This document shows positions 1 through 10,500 of a stretch of 64,000 bases of DNA, piece after piece. The notes below the pieces were generated by a model. The model searched no databases. It had not been told where the DNA came from and saw nothing but the letters and a program-made list of their open reading frames with translations. Where the stretch lies: the IMG/VR virus record IMGVR_UViG_3300031413_000570. One strand, written 5' to 3'. The position numbers and the translations under genes were made by a program. Numbering within the stretch: position 1 is the stretch's first letter; every line of letters begins with the position of its first letter. Source of the stretch: a virus. Lineage: Duplodnaviria > Heunggongvirae > Uroviricota > Caudoviricetes.

Positions 1-47
1 TCTCAACAGTAAGCTTCCAATCCAGGCAGTGGCAAAAAAGTAACCTC

Positions 48-542
48 ATGTATATGAAACGAGAAGAGTTCCGCGACGGAATGATTACTTTTATTCCTGA
101 AATAACTGTGATACGCAACTGGGCTAACATTGATGTTATCTGGTCAGAATACTTTAGCGTTCTTCTTCATGGCTACAAATACACCAGAAACAATCATGGT
201 TTCTTCCCAGTGTTCGGGGTAGCTGAAATTGTACTCAATAATGCAACCATGCAAGCTCTGGGAACAACCGCTGAAGAACTCACCTACGAAGAAGCGATCC
301 AACTTGCTGATTACCCTCGATGGATTACAGTAGCAAAACTTCAAAACGGTCTTCTGGCACCAAAGCCTGGTGCTAAACGCTGGCCTGACAGTCTACGAGA
401 ATGCGATCCCGCGATACTTGAACTGATGGCTGAAGTAGGAATGGATATTCCTGAAGGAACAGATGGTTGGTATACCTTCTCTAAAGTTCAGAATGATCTG
501 AAAAGGCAAACTGTTATTCCTGTAGTTATGGCTCAACCATAA
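48..542 (+). CDS. Hypothetical protein, paralog 1 of a tandem triplet
   Basis: 164 aa ORF sharing FIPE, LTYEE and IPEGTDGWY motifs with the next two ORFs. Confidence 0.75.
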   Translation: MYMKREEFRDGMITFIPEITVIRNWANIDVIWSEYFSVLLHGYKYTRNNHGFFPVFGVAEIVLNNATMQALGTTAEELTYEEAIQLADYPRWITVAKLQNGLLAPKPGAKRWPDSLRECDPAILELMAEVGMDIPEGTDGWYTFSKVQNDLKRQTVIPVVMAQP

Positions 543-572
543 TGAATTACAACAACTCCGGGTTGCATCACA

Positions 573-1094
573 ATGTATAGACAATTTCTAAACCATAAAA
601 ACAAAAACTTAGCTTTCATCCCTGAAAGCTACAATTTGGTATGCATACACAAAGCTGACGATGTGTTGCAGAATCAGTATGTCGCCCAAATTCATGCATA
701 TCGCCATATCATTAAAAATGGTGTCCACTCAGCAGCTTACGGAATGTCGACCGTTCGACTTTCCAATCAACTACTGAACCGTATCCGCAGAACAGTTGAA
801 AGTCTGAACTATCAAGAAGTTCTGGATTTAGCTTCAACTTATAACATTGGGTGGACTGCAGCTTACACTTTATCCCCGCAGCAGCCAGCCAAGATAGGTC
901 GAGCGGTAAAGAAGCACCCAGAATTGCAGCAAGATTATGATGTAGGTGTTCTGCATTCAATGCTTGAAACCCCACTGGAAGTTCCGCAGAACACAGATGG
1001 CTGGTACCGAATGAATTGGCAGCCAAGTGAACTCGAAACAGCAATCCGAAACACTTGGATTAGACACATAGACCCAACAATGGACCCTCGTTAG
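573..1094 (+). CDS. Hypothetical protein, paralog 2 of a tandem triplet
   Basis: 173 aa; AFIPES, AYRHII, LNYQE, KKHPEL-DYD, VPQNTDGWY. Confidence 0.75.
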   Translation: MYRQFLNHKNKNLAFIPESYNLVCIHKADDVLQNQYVAQIHAYRHIIKNGVHSAAYGMSTVRLSNQLLNRIRRTVESLNYQEVLDLASTYNIGWTAAYTLSPQQPAKIGRAVKKHPELQQDYDVGVLHSMLETPLEVPQNTDGWYRMNWQPSELETAIRNTWIRHIDPTMDPR

Positions 1095-1099
1095 GGAAA

Positions 1100-1597
1100 A
1101 TGATGTACGAAAAAACTAAACGTGCAATAAACGGTAGTTTTGCTTTTGTCCCTGAAAGCTTGAAGATTACAGCTCCATTTGAAGGAACGAGCATAATTCA
1201 GATTATGGCATATCGCCATATAATTCATAAAGATAGCCACGCCACATGTTTTGGGTATGCTGTTGTTTATGAATATCCTTTTTTATTTGAAAGCATAGGC
1301 AAACCTTTATCAAAGCTGACTTATCAAGAAAGCTTAGATACGATTTCTTTTAATCCGATGAGGTGGAATACTTTACATAAGCTCAATGAAGAAAGTTTTA
1401 AGACCATGCCTCTTGCTCGAAAAAAGCCTGAATTGAATGAAGATTATGATCCCACCCTTCTAAGTCAGATGAGGGCTGATAGAACATTTATCCCTGAACA
1501 CTTGGATGGATGGTATAAAAAGGCTACTACTTTGAGCGAAATTGAACAAAAGTTCTTGGATTATCGACATCCTGAAGAACTTTCGCTTACAGAGTAA
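1100..1597 (+). CDS. Hypothetical protein, paralog 3 of a tandem triplet
   Basis: 165 aa; AFVPES, AYRHII, LTYQE, KKPEL-DYD, IPEHLDGWY. Confidence 0.75.
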   Translation: MMYEKTKRAINGSFAFVPESLKITAPFEGTSIIQIMAYRHIIHKDSHATCFGYAVVYEYPFLFESIGKPLSKLTYQESLDTISFNPMRWNTLHKLNEESFKTMPLARKKPELNEDYDPTLLSQMRADRTFIPEHLDGWYKKATTLSEIEQKFLDYRHPEELSLTE

Positions 1598-1702
1598 TCG
1601 TTCAATTTCTTCCCAGGAAGTTTTTGTGGTAAGCTAACCTTATTCCAAAAACCAGCTATATGCTGCTACAGGAATTCACTACGATAGAAAAGAAGGCATA
1701 GT

Positions 1703-2308
1703 TTGGCAGAGTCAAATACACCCGCGTTCCCGTCACCCGTTTTTGATCGACTTCTCAAAGATCGAATCATCTGGCTCGGAGAGGATGTGCGGGATGACAA
1801 TGCAAACGAAATCTGTGCAAAACTCCTTCTCCTTTCAGCGGAAGACTCTGAGAAGGACATCTACCTTTACATCAACTCCCCTGGTGGTTCAGTAACTGCC
1901 GGTATGGCCATCTACGACACAATGCAGTTCGTACCCAACGATATCGTTACTGTTGGTCTGGGGATGGCAGCTTCCATGGGTCAGTTCCTTCTTACAGCAG
2001 GTACGAAGGGTAAACGATTTGCTACACCTAACCTTAGGGTCCTTCTTCACCAGCCGTCTGGTGGTTTTGGTGGTACTTCGAGCGATATCCAGACTCAGGC
2101 TAAGCTGATTATTGACATGAAGCACCGCCTTGCTGGTATCACTGCTGAGAACACTGGCAAGACTGTTGAGCAGGTGAACCTTGATGGCGACCGTGACCGT
2201 TGGTTCACTGCTGAGGAGGCTCTGGAGTATGGTTTTGTTGATTCCATTCAGTCGAGCGTGAAGAAAGTTAACGCAGTTGTTGAAGCTGCTGATGAGGAGA
2301 GCAACTGA
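1703..2308 (+). CDS. clpP1: ATP-dependent Clp protease proteolytic subunit (ClpP1-like)
   Basis: [20 protein letters not shown] (catalytic Ser), HQPSGG (His), DRDRWF (Asp); TTG start; tandem with a second clpP as in Actinomycetota. Confidence 0.95.
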   Translation: MAESNTPAFPSPVFDRLLKDRIIWLGEDVRDDNANEICAKLLLLSAEDSEKDIYLYINSPGGSVTAGMAIYDTMQFVPNDIVTVGLGMAASMGQFLLTAGTKGKRFATPNLRVLLHQPSGGFGGTSSDIQTQAKLIIDMKHRLAGITAENTGKTVEQVNLDGDRDRWFTAEEALEYGFVDSIQSSVKKVNAVVEAADEESN

Positions 2309-2310
2309 TT

Positions 2311-2946
2311 ATGAATACACCTAATATTGAAGCCCGTTACATCCTGCCTTCTTTTGAAGAGCGTACAGCTTATGGTATGAAGCAGCAGGACCCTTACGCT
2401 AAACTATTCAGTGAGCGTGTTGTCTTCTTGGGCGCCCAGGTTGATGATGTTTCTGCGAATGATGTGATGTCTCAGCTTTTGGTTCTTGAGGCTTTGGACC
2501 CTGATTCTGACATCACGATGTACATCAACTCTCCTGGTGGCTCTATGACTGCTCTAAGTGCGATTGTGGACACTATGGAGTACATTGGTCCTGATGTTGC
2601 TACTGTGTGTTTGGGTCAGGCTGCGTCTGCTGCTGCAGTGATTCTTGCTGCTGGAGCTCCTGGTAAGCGTGCTGCTTTGCCTAACGCCCGTGTGATGATT
2701 CATCAGCCGGCTACTGAAGGTACTCGTGGTCAGGCTTCTGACATTGAGATTCAGGCTGCTGAGATTTTCCGTATGCGTGCTTGGCTGGAGAACAGCCTTG
2801 CTGGTTACACTGGTCAGGATATTGATGTTGTTCGTCAGGATGTTGAGCGTGATAAGTTCTTGACTGGTCAGCAGGCTCTTGATTATGGCATTGTGGACAT
2901 GATTCTGCCTTCCCGTAAGAAAGCTCGTATGTTACGTGCAGCATAA
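2311..2946 (+). CDS. clpP2: ATP-dependent Clp protease proteolytic subunit (ClpP2-like)
   Basis: RYILPSFEERT N-terminus typical of actinobacterial ClpP2, [28 protein letters not shown]. Confidence 0.95.
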   Translation: MNTPNIEARYILPSFEERTAYGMKQQDPYAKLFSERVVFLGAQVDDVSANDVMSQLLVLEALDPDSDITMYINSPGGSMTALSAIVDTMEYIGPDVATVCLGQAASAAAVILAAGAPGKRAALPNARVMIHQPATEGTRGQASDIEIQAAEIFRMRAWLENSLAGYTGQDIDVVRQDVERDKFLTGQQALDYGIVDMILPSRKKARMLRAA

Positions 2947-2958
2947 TTGAATAGTTTC

Positions 2959-3000
2959 AGCCCTCCAATAGTTGTTATTCTAACTATTGGAGGGCTTTTT
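2959..3000 (+). terminator. Intrinsic terminator after clpP2
   Basis: Inverted repeat agccctccaatagtt / aactattggagggct followed by a T-run. Confidence 0.85.
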
Positions 3001-3038
3001 CTGTACTATAACTGATTTATCCTGTTTTGGACAGCAGA

Positions 3039-3068
3039 AAGCCCCTCAATTTGTTGGTTGAGGGGCTT
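3039..3068 (-). terminator. Intrinsic terminator of the minus-strand unit ending at 3076
   Basis: Inverted repeat aagcccctcaa / ttgaggggctt. Confidence 0.75.
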
Positions 3069-3075
3069 CTTAGTG

Positions 3076-3282
3076 TTAGCAGAACGAACAGGTGTCACAA
3101 AGGTCTAGATGGTCAGGAATGATGAGCCAACCTTTTTCTTTCTCAAGGTAAGCTCTGGCGAAACCGAAACGCGTCTCGGCGGAGTCTGTTTCAGCTACCA
3201 GGAAATCCCCTGATTCTTCTTTACCACAGTCATCGCAGAAAACGGTGATGTGTGCTGGATATGTTACTACTGCATCAGGCAT
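3076..3282 (-). CDS. Small hypothetical protein with two CxxC motifs
   Basis: ATG at 3282 after ggagggca; CDDC and CDTC motifs. Confidence 0.6.
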   Translation of the reverse strand: MPDAVVTYPAHITVFCDDCGKEESGDFLVAETDSAETRFGFARAYLEKEKGWLIIPDHLDLCDTCSFC

Positions 3283-3754
3283 TTGCCCCTCCTTCACTGT
3301 CCCAGTTGCTTTCCTGGTCTCGCAGGACGCTTTCTTCAGCAGGAAGCATCCGAATTCGAGGACGTTCACTGTGAGGAATAGCTCTATGTGCTTTCAGCAT
3401 ACCTCCATGCTTGATGATATCGCGGACACTCAGACCCTGAAACACAAGACGAGAGGCCAGTTCTTCTGCAAGCTCCACTGCTTCAGGAAGAGGAAAACGG
3501 AAGTTCTCGATGAACTCTTCAGTGCGTGAAGAAGGAAGGGATTCATAAGATTCGTTAAGGTTCGCATCGAATGCTTCGTTCAGGTACATCACAGCGTAAC
3601 GTCCTTCTGAACGCCTCACGATGTTTACAGAGAAGTAACGCTCTTCATCTTCTTCGCGGATTTCTTTCGGAATCGCGGTAACAGTGAACTCTGTGACTGT
3701 CTCAAGGAGCGGAGCCAGCTCAGGATTTTCAATGTAAGGCAGAATACTATTCAT
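3275..3754 (-). CDS. Hypothetical protein
   Basis: 159 aa ORF; tggtagaat extended -10-like element upstream. Confidence 0.65.
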   Translation of the reverse strand: MNSILPYIENPELAPLLETVTEFTVTAIPKEIREEDEERYFSVNIVRRSEGRYAVMYLNEAFDANLNESYESLPSSRTEEFIENFRFPLPEAVELAEELASRLVFQGLSVRDIIKHGGMLKAHRAIPHSERPRIRMLPAEESVLRDQESNWDSEGGANA

Positions 3755-3820
3755 TCGAATTCTTTCAGTAGATGTACACTATGATTTCATTCTACCACTA
3801 ATGAAGCTCATAGTCCATTG

Positions 3821-5029
3821 TCAGTTACTGGTAATGCTATAAATTTCTCCTTGGTGCCTGATTTTGAAGTCTCCATATCCTGCATCGCTCAGTCCTCCCA
3901 CATATTCAGCAAATTCGGTGAGTGACAGGAAAGTTTTGTCATCAATAAGAATACGAGCGTTCGGGCCAATCTCTGCTTCTTTTTCATTGCAGATGAGGAC
4001 AGACCCAATAAGATTTGAAGAGAGTACCAAGTTGAGCCATTCTTCGTCCACCACATCTTCTGTTTGAGTAGAGTAACCTACAACTCGATGTTTGACTTCA
4101 TTCCATAAAGCATCTATGCGGATGAGTTCGTTGTTTCTCTCAACAGCCAAACAGGTGAGAGGGTTATAGCCACTCCAACCTTCGGCTTGCTTTGTTGTTA
4201 CTCCGTGAGTGAAGATTTCATGTGCAATGGCTTTTATTGCTTCACGAGGTTCATAATGAGCATCACGGTATTCAACATCGCTTGGGCTTCTAAGGATGAC
4301 AGATTTGCTCACCATACGATGAGTAACGTACAAAGGTTCACCGATTCGAAGTTTGCCGGCTTTGATGAGGATGTCAAACTTTTCTTCACATTTGAGGTGT
4401 GAAGGATTTGGTACTGTGAACTCTGTTTCTGCTGAATCCAAAGTAGCTGGTTCTTCAGTTGTGAGCTGCGTTTCAGGGGCGATGATGCCTAAGCTACGTG
4501 CAATTTCTTTGATATCTGAACCAGCTAAACCAAGTACTGCGATTTGGTGTTCAACGATGATGCGAGCAACTGAGTCTGCATAGGCTCCGTTGACATTGGA
4601 TGGAATTGTGACACCATGAGACCAGTTTTGGTTCCCTGCGTTGACAACACCAAAACCAAGTTCTTTCATCTTGTAAGCACATAAAGCTTCAATTGTTTTA
4701 CGTGTTTCTGTATCCCACGGTTCACCTAAACTTTCAGCCATACCAATGAGAGGGTATTTGATAGTGGGCAACCATGGTGACTTTTTATGTGTCTGGTTGT
4801 ACCTTGCCAGAGGAGTATCACTGGTTTCTCCAGTGTAATGAGTTAGGTTGTGCAGGTAGTCTCTGTCATCATAGAAGTAGACAACACTTGAAACATCTGA
4901 TGCGTTACGAGGCTTCAAGTATTTGATGTCTTCCAAACGGTAGACCATTCTGACTATTATGTCAGGGTCAGGGAAAGACCTCCGCTCTTCAAGCAGAGCT
5001 CCGCCGTTACTTAATTTTATGATACTCAC
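3821..5029 (-). CDS. Putative GIY-YIG-like nuclease with C-terminal RAMA-like domain(s)
   Basis: N-terminal VYFY...YTGET...RYNQTH resembles GIY-YIG; LIKAGKLRIGEPL and ARILIDDKTFLSLTEFAEYVGG resemble RAMA; GTG start after ggag. Confidence 0.5.
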   Translation of the reverse strand: MSIIKLSNGGALLEERRSFPDPDIIVRMVYRLEDIKYLKPRNASDVSSVVYFYDDRDYLHNLTHYTGETSDTPLARYNQTHKKSPWLPTIKYPLIGMAESLGEPWDTETRKTIEALCAYKMKELGFGVVNAGNQNWSHGVTIPSNVNGAYADSVARIIVEHQIAVLGLAGSDIKEIARSLGIIAPETQLTTEEPATLDSAETEFTVPNPSHLKCEEKFDILIKAGKLRIGEPLYVTHRMVSKSVILRSPSDVEYRDAHYEPREAIKAIAHEIFTHGVTTKQAEGWSGYNPLTCLAVERNNELIRIDALWNEVKHRVVGYSTQTEDVVDEEWLNLVLSSNLIGSVLICNEKEAEIGPNARILIDDKTFLSLTEFAEYVGGLSDAGYGDFKIRHQGEIYSITSN

Positions 5030-5179
5030 TGTTTAACTCCTGAAAACGTGGGGGATTTGTTTCGGTTATCGGTGAACGTTGTCATATTGGACAAAGTTTT
5101 GTTGACGAATATGACAAAATTGTTTTTAGGAGTAAGTAGAGGTCACTGAACCAAGGTAAAAAGCTCCACGACTTCAGCT

Positions 5180-5689
5180 TTATTGGTTGTAAGGAGCTAT
5201 CACGATTATCGCTGTGTTGACAAAGACTATACATCCGAACACTGAGTATCCAATCCAGACAACCCAAGCAAGAATGGTTTCAATTCGAAGAAGAGGAGAA
5301 GCTGTTTTGTGTATGAAAGCACTCTGTTCAGCCATCATCATGACTTTAGGGTAAACCCAGAAAGCGTTGACGATGATGGTGATGGGAGTTAAAAACAACA
5401 GGGCGACAAGAGCAAGAATCATGCTGCCGTTTGCTGCAATGTTCTGTGTAACAAGAGCTGCAATTGCCCAGCAGATTCCTATACCTAACAGGACAAGGTG
5501 GAGAAGAAAAGAACCCATTTGGGAAAGCTCAACACCGTTTGCAGCTGTGTTAGTTAACTCTGTGTCACCTGCTGGGTATACACCTGTGTTGATCTGTCTG
5601 CGGATTTTAGCTCTGCGAGTTAGGATAACAGGCATAGCGACAAGACCGTAAAGGAGTACAACTCCTAAAAGTATCAATGCAAAAAGCAC
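5180..5689 (-). CDS. Membrane protein
   Basis: Four hydrophobic segments in 169 aa. Confidence 0.7.
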   Translation of the reverse strand: MLFALILLGVVLLYGLVAMPVILTRRAKIRRQINTGVYPAGDTELTNTAANGVELSQMGSFLLHLVLLGIGICWAIAALVTQNIAANGSMILALVALLFLTPITIIVNAFWVYPKVMMMAEQSAFIHKTASPLLRIETILAWVVWIGYSVFGCIVFVNTAIIVIAPYNQ

Positions 5690-5763
5690 AATAGCAACCT
5701 TCTTTAGAACGATGGGTTCTTACAAAGGTTGCTATCGGTTTTGGTATGGAAGTTGTAAAAGTT

Positions 5764-5982
5764 TTAGGTCAACTGCCAGACACCTGTTCTACCTTGCGTC
5801 AAAGTCAGCAAAGTGGTGCCTTCTTCGGCAGGTTTGAAGGGGTTGGGATTTTTGTAGGAACGGAAAGGTCGAGGCTCTTCAGTAGAGCTGCTACCTGTTG
5901 CTTGACGAGCCCGGTCACGCATGCGGCTATGCACTCCTCGAAGCAAGTCTTCGATGTTTGAAGTGTCAATATCTGGGTTCAT
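5764..5982 (-). CDS. Small hypothetical protein
   Basis: 72 aa ATG-started ORF co-oriented with neighbours. Confidence 0.5.
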   Translation of the reverse strand: MNPDIDTSNIEDLLRGVHSRMRDRARQATGSSSTEEPRPFRSYKNPNPFKPAEEGTTLLTLTQGRTGVWQLT

Positions 5983-6183
5983 GGGTAATTCCTAACCATT
6001 AGATGCTTTGAGATAAGCATATCATAGTGTTTCTGGATCACAAAATCCTTGAAAAATCAAGTAAATGAGAGTCATTATTTCTAAGATGTTAGAATTGAGA
6101 AGTGAAATCAACTGTATTGGTGAACGGATGCCACTGTTCCGATATTGAAATGGATACAGTTCGAACAGGAAGAAGACCCAATT

Positions 6184-6816
6184 ATGGTAGCAGTAGTTAC
6201 ATCTAACAACATTTACAGCCGAGACAACCGAGCTCCTGCACCTGCTGTGCATGAAGATGATGGTACGAACTTCCCTTGGCGTATGTTCTTTGATGAGAAC
6301 CAGCGTATTGTGGATGCTGACACTCTTGCTGAGTGTTTAGATTATCTCATCGTTGGCTATTCTGTGCTGAATGATGAAGAAAAAGCAGCTGCTCGTGAAG
6401 AGCTTGCTGGTCGTGTGCAACAGCTTGCACGTGCAACCATTGTTTCCTCTATTACCCCTGAGCAGGCTGAGAAGCTTGCTGACTGGGAATGGAACTTGTT
6501 GAACTTCGGTGATAACAACTTGCAGAACCCTTACGGTTGGGGTGACGGCACTGGTGTGATTGGTGAAGCTGATGAAGAGAAGATTGATGAATGGAACAGC
6601 ATCCATCCTTTGGTCCTTGTTGACACAAAGTACAAGCCTTTCACTGAAATCTTCCCACCTTTGTCAGGTGAAGGTGACTATGAAGAGGTGAAGAACATCA
6701 TCTGGTTGCGACCTAATGATGAGTTGGGTTTCTTGCGTTCATTGTCACGCATTGGTTATATCACTTTCGGAGCTCCTTCTGCTGTTGTTGCTTTGGAAGT
6801 TGCACGTAAGAACTAA
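6184..6816 (+). CDS. Conserved hypothetical protein (RDNRAP family), paralog of 40428..41027
   Basis: Shares RDNRAP-PAV, WRMF, AEKL-DWEW, EGDYEEVKN-IWLRP and FLRSLSRIGYI-FG with 40428..41027; ATG at 6184 preferred. Confidence 0.85.
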   Translation: MVAVVTSNNIYSRDNRAPAPAVHEDDGTNFPWRMFFDENQRIVDADTLAECLDYLIVGYSVLNDEEKAAAREELAGRVQQLARATIVSSITPEQAEKLADWEWNLLNFGDNNLQNPYGWGDGTGVIGEADEEKIDEWNSIHPLVLVDTKYKPFTEIFPPLSGEGDYEEVKNIIWLRPNDELGFLRSLSRIGYITFGAPSAVVALEVARKN

Positions 6817-6830
6817 AGTTTGAAAAAGAG

Positions 6831-6861
6831 AAAGGCCCCAACCGTTTTGGTTGGGGCCTTT
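6831..6861. terminator. Bidirectional terminator between convergent genes
   Basis: aaaggccccaacc / ggttggggccttt with A/T flanks. Confidence 0.85.
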
Positions 6862-6872
6862 TTTGGTTGCTG

Positions 6873-7343
6873 TTACCAGCTGACCACGCGCTCTCGGACG
6901 TGTTCAATCCAGTCACCAATTTCGATGACAGGAAGAGATGCCTGAACATCTGCTGTCATGCTCTGGCCTGCAATGTAAATCCAGGCTTTACGCTTTTCTC
7001 CACCGAGAGTGAACTCGTGAAGAATGCGGTCGTAGTGGTTTCGACCGTAGTCTTCACCGTGGTATCCTTCGAGGGAGTCCAATCGCTGCATGGTGGCTTC
7101 ATACTCATCAGACTTGATGTAGATGAGAGTTGCAGTGATGGTGTTCTCACCACGAGTGATGTAAGGGAACCCTGTACGACCGTACATGGTGAAACCTTCA
7201 AGACTAATGTCCTGCTCGCTAATGGTGTGACCCTGGAGGATGTAGTTATAGTTGTGGCAGGTAGGGCGAAGTGTTCCGTAAACAAGAACAGGATACTGTG
7301 CGTCAGTCATTGAGGCTAATGACCTTTCTAAATAGGTAGACAT
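6873..7343 (-). CDS. Gamma-glutamylcyclotransferase (AIG2-like) family protein
   Basis: VLVYGTLRP-HN signature, RLDSLEGY, KAWIY; start could be 7343 or 7310. Confidence 0.85.
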   Translation of the reverse strand: MSTYLERSLASMTDAQYPVLVYGTLRPTCHNYNYILQGHTISEQDISLEGFTMYGRTGFPYITRGENTITATLIYIKSDEYEATMQRLDSLEGYHGEDYGRNHYDRILHEFTLGGEKRKAWIYIAGQSMTADVQASLPVIEIGDWIEHVRERVVSW

Positions 7344-7500
7344 AATTGCGTATGTTTCTATTTTACCAGATGCTATAGATGCTGTCAAATCATGTATTTT
7401 AGTTACCGAGTTTTACTCAAAAATGATTGTTGGAAACGCAGATGTCTTTACACATTGCCGATAGTCATATAAGAGCAATCCTCTAACAGAAAGAATAAAT

Positions 7501-10500
7501 ATGTGTAATGCTATTCGTGATGGTGGGCAGCGTTGTCCAGTCCATCAGCACCACAACATTGCAGCTATCAAAGCAGCCTCCCATTTGAGTGGTTTGACCC
7601 GTCTGCAGACTGAGCGTTTATTCGCTGAGCTCCGCCGTGAAGGTCGTAACGCTGAACCTTTGACTAACCGCCTCCGTGCTGGTTCTTTACGTCGTATCCG
7701 TAACTCTGTTGCTGGAACTGATGTTGCTGAAGCTGTAGAATCCGAAATCGAACGATCACGTCAGCATGACACTGAGATTGACCCTGCAAGTGGTTATGCT
7801 CAGCGTGCTTTGTTGACTCGTTCCCGTGAACGTGCAGCTGCTTTGAATGCTCGTTTCGCTGAAGTTGCAACTCGTACTGGTTACACCCAGGAAGAAGTTG
7901 CAGCAAAGTACAAAGAATTCCGTAACGCTGTAGACACCAGTCGCGGTTCAGCTGTTCCTGCTGAATACGACCAGAACACTCGTCGTGCAGCAGTTCTTGC
8001 TAACCTTCCTTACGACCGTGCATCTGTTGTAGCTATCGAGAAGTTGAACACTCTTGCTCCAGCTGAAGAAGGTCGCCGTGTTGCTCTGCGTCCAGCCCCT
8101 GAAGGCTCACACATCAACTCCTACGGTTACGATGAAGGACGTATGGAAGTTGTCTTCAACAGCAACACTGACCGTATCTACGCTTACCAGAACGTTCCTG
8201 CTGAACTGTGGAACCGTTTCTCTGAAAGCGAATCACCTGGACGTATCTTCGCTCGTGAAATTCGCGGCGTAGGCGACTACCAGTACGCTTCTGAAGCAGC
8301 AGCTGAAGCTGACGCCCACCGTGTACGTTGTGGTTCCTGTGGACAGTTCCGTGCAGCTGCTCACTCCTGCCCTGAGCGTGAACAGCGTGAAGAGATTGCA
8401 ACTACTCTTATCACTGCTGGTCAAACACCAGCAGAAGTTGCAACATTCATCGCAGAGAACGTTGAAACACCTGAAGACATCCAGAACCAAGCTGCAGCGA
8501 CTGCCGCTTTCGAAGAATACCAGAACGACCTCGCTGCTGGGGTCTATGAAGCTTACGATGCAGAAGTTGAACCAGCTCCAACAGCTGAAGAAGTTGCTGC
8601 TGAAGCTGAAACACCTGTTGAGGATGCTCAGACCACTCCTGCTGCAGAAATTCCTGCCTACGACTTGAACGCTACGAACGGTTCGATTCTTACTGACCAG
8701 GACACTGGATACCTCAATCAGGTAGGTGTCGACAACGCTCCAGAAGCAACTGCTAACTACGTTTCAACAGTAGAAAACCAGCGTGAACCAGCAGCTTTGT
8801 CAACAGAAGCTATTTCTGTTGGGTCTGATGAGCTTCTTTCAAGAGTTCAAATTGCCAATAGCATGGACTCTTTGAACAACTACTACTACTGGAACCGCGA
8901 AGAGCTTGAAACCCATCTTGGTGCGGACACAATTGCTGAAATCGACAGCTCTCCAGAACACATTTACTACGTAGTTGGTGTACGTGAGGAAAGCGGAACT
9001 CCTGAAGTTCTTGCCAGCTACGACTCCCGTTACTACACTGGTAACTCCAACAACGCATGGGGAACTTCTGCTGCTAACTACCGTATGACTTACGGCTACA
9101 ACATCACTCGTAGAGGTTTCAAAGCTCCTGAGCAGACTTTTACTGAAGAAGAAAGAGATGCTTTAGTAGAAACTGAAACTACTCAACTTGCAGGTTTGGT
9201 TGAATCTGGTCAAGCTGTCCGAATTGAAGGTACAACTTCTGAAACTCGCAAGTATGTTGTAGACGGTAACAAAACTGACAACCGTTCAAAGCTTTATGTC
9301 CGTATGGGTAACGCTACTGCTTTCAAACGAGCTATTCGTGAGAACAAAGTAGTAATCATGCCTGTTTCCATGCGTCACCCTTACGGCGTCAACTCTGTTG
9401 ACGACCAGGGCTTCCATGTTGAAGCACGCAGCAACACTGAAGTTAAGGGTGAAATCGCTGTTCGTCGCAACAGTGAAGGTGTCATGGAAGTTATTAGCAC
9501 CGAACGTAAACTTCGTTGTAACTGCCGTGACTACCGCCTGAAGTACTACTGCCAGCATGTAAACTATGCTCAGCGTCACTTTGCTAACGTTGCACAGCAG
9601 ATGATTCCTGTTCCTCGTGCAGCTGTACCTGAAAGCGAACGTCCTCACCGCTTATTGACTCAGGCTCTGCATGACCGTGCAGACACCAGAGTTGTTGAGC
9701 CAGAGAACGAAGCTCCTTACATCAGTTTCGGTACAGAACTTTCTGGTGAAACTCGTTCAGGTAGCTATTGGCAGGCACGTAACTACGGTGAAATTCCAGC
9801 CGACTTACGTCCTGCAGACCCAGACAACATCACTCCTGATGAAGCAGCAAACTTGCAGGGCTTCAGCACCACTGTTGGAAACATCACCAACTTCTCTGTT
9901 CCTGTTGGTCCAGGTCAGTTGCGTACTGCTTTGCGTCGTGGTGATGTTGAAGTTCCTATTAGCATGAACTTCGGATGGCGTGGTTCCGTTGTTACCGGTT
10001 CACTTACCTTCAACCAGAACAGCTCTGCTGATTTGGAAGATTTGACTGTTCGTACCCGTAGCTTACGCTGTACTTGTGCTGCCTACCAGGAAAACTATGA
10101 CTGCGAACACGTACGTGCTGCTGCAGCTATGGGTCGTCCTCTTCTGGGTATTGGTTCTCGTACCATCACAAGCAACACTCCAAACTCAGTATACGTTGCT
10201 GAGAACCGTTACCGTAACGAAATGCGTGCACAGGCTGAAGTTGCTGGTTACATGGCTCGCGGTATGTCTCGTGAGGAAGCTCAGGCTGAAGTTGCAGCTG
10301 AACTTGCTCGTCGTCAGGCTGAGCAGGCTGAGTATGAAGAGCGTCGTGCCCGTGAGCGTGCTGAGTATGAAGAACGTCAGGCTGCTGCACGTAGAGCTGA
10401 AGTTGAACGCATGCGCTCAATGAACGCTGATGTTATCGCAGGTAACGAAACTTACCGTGCCAGCATGCTTGCACGTTGGGAAAATGTTGAAGAAACTTAT

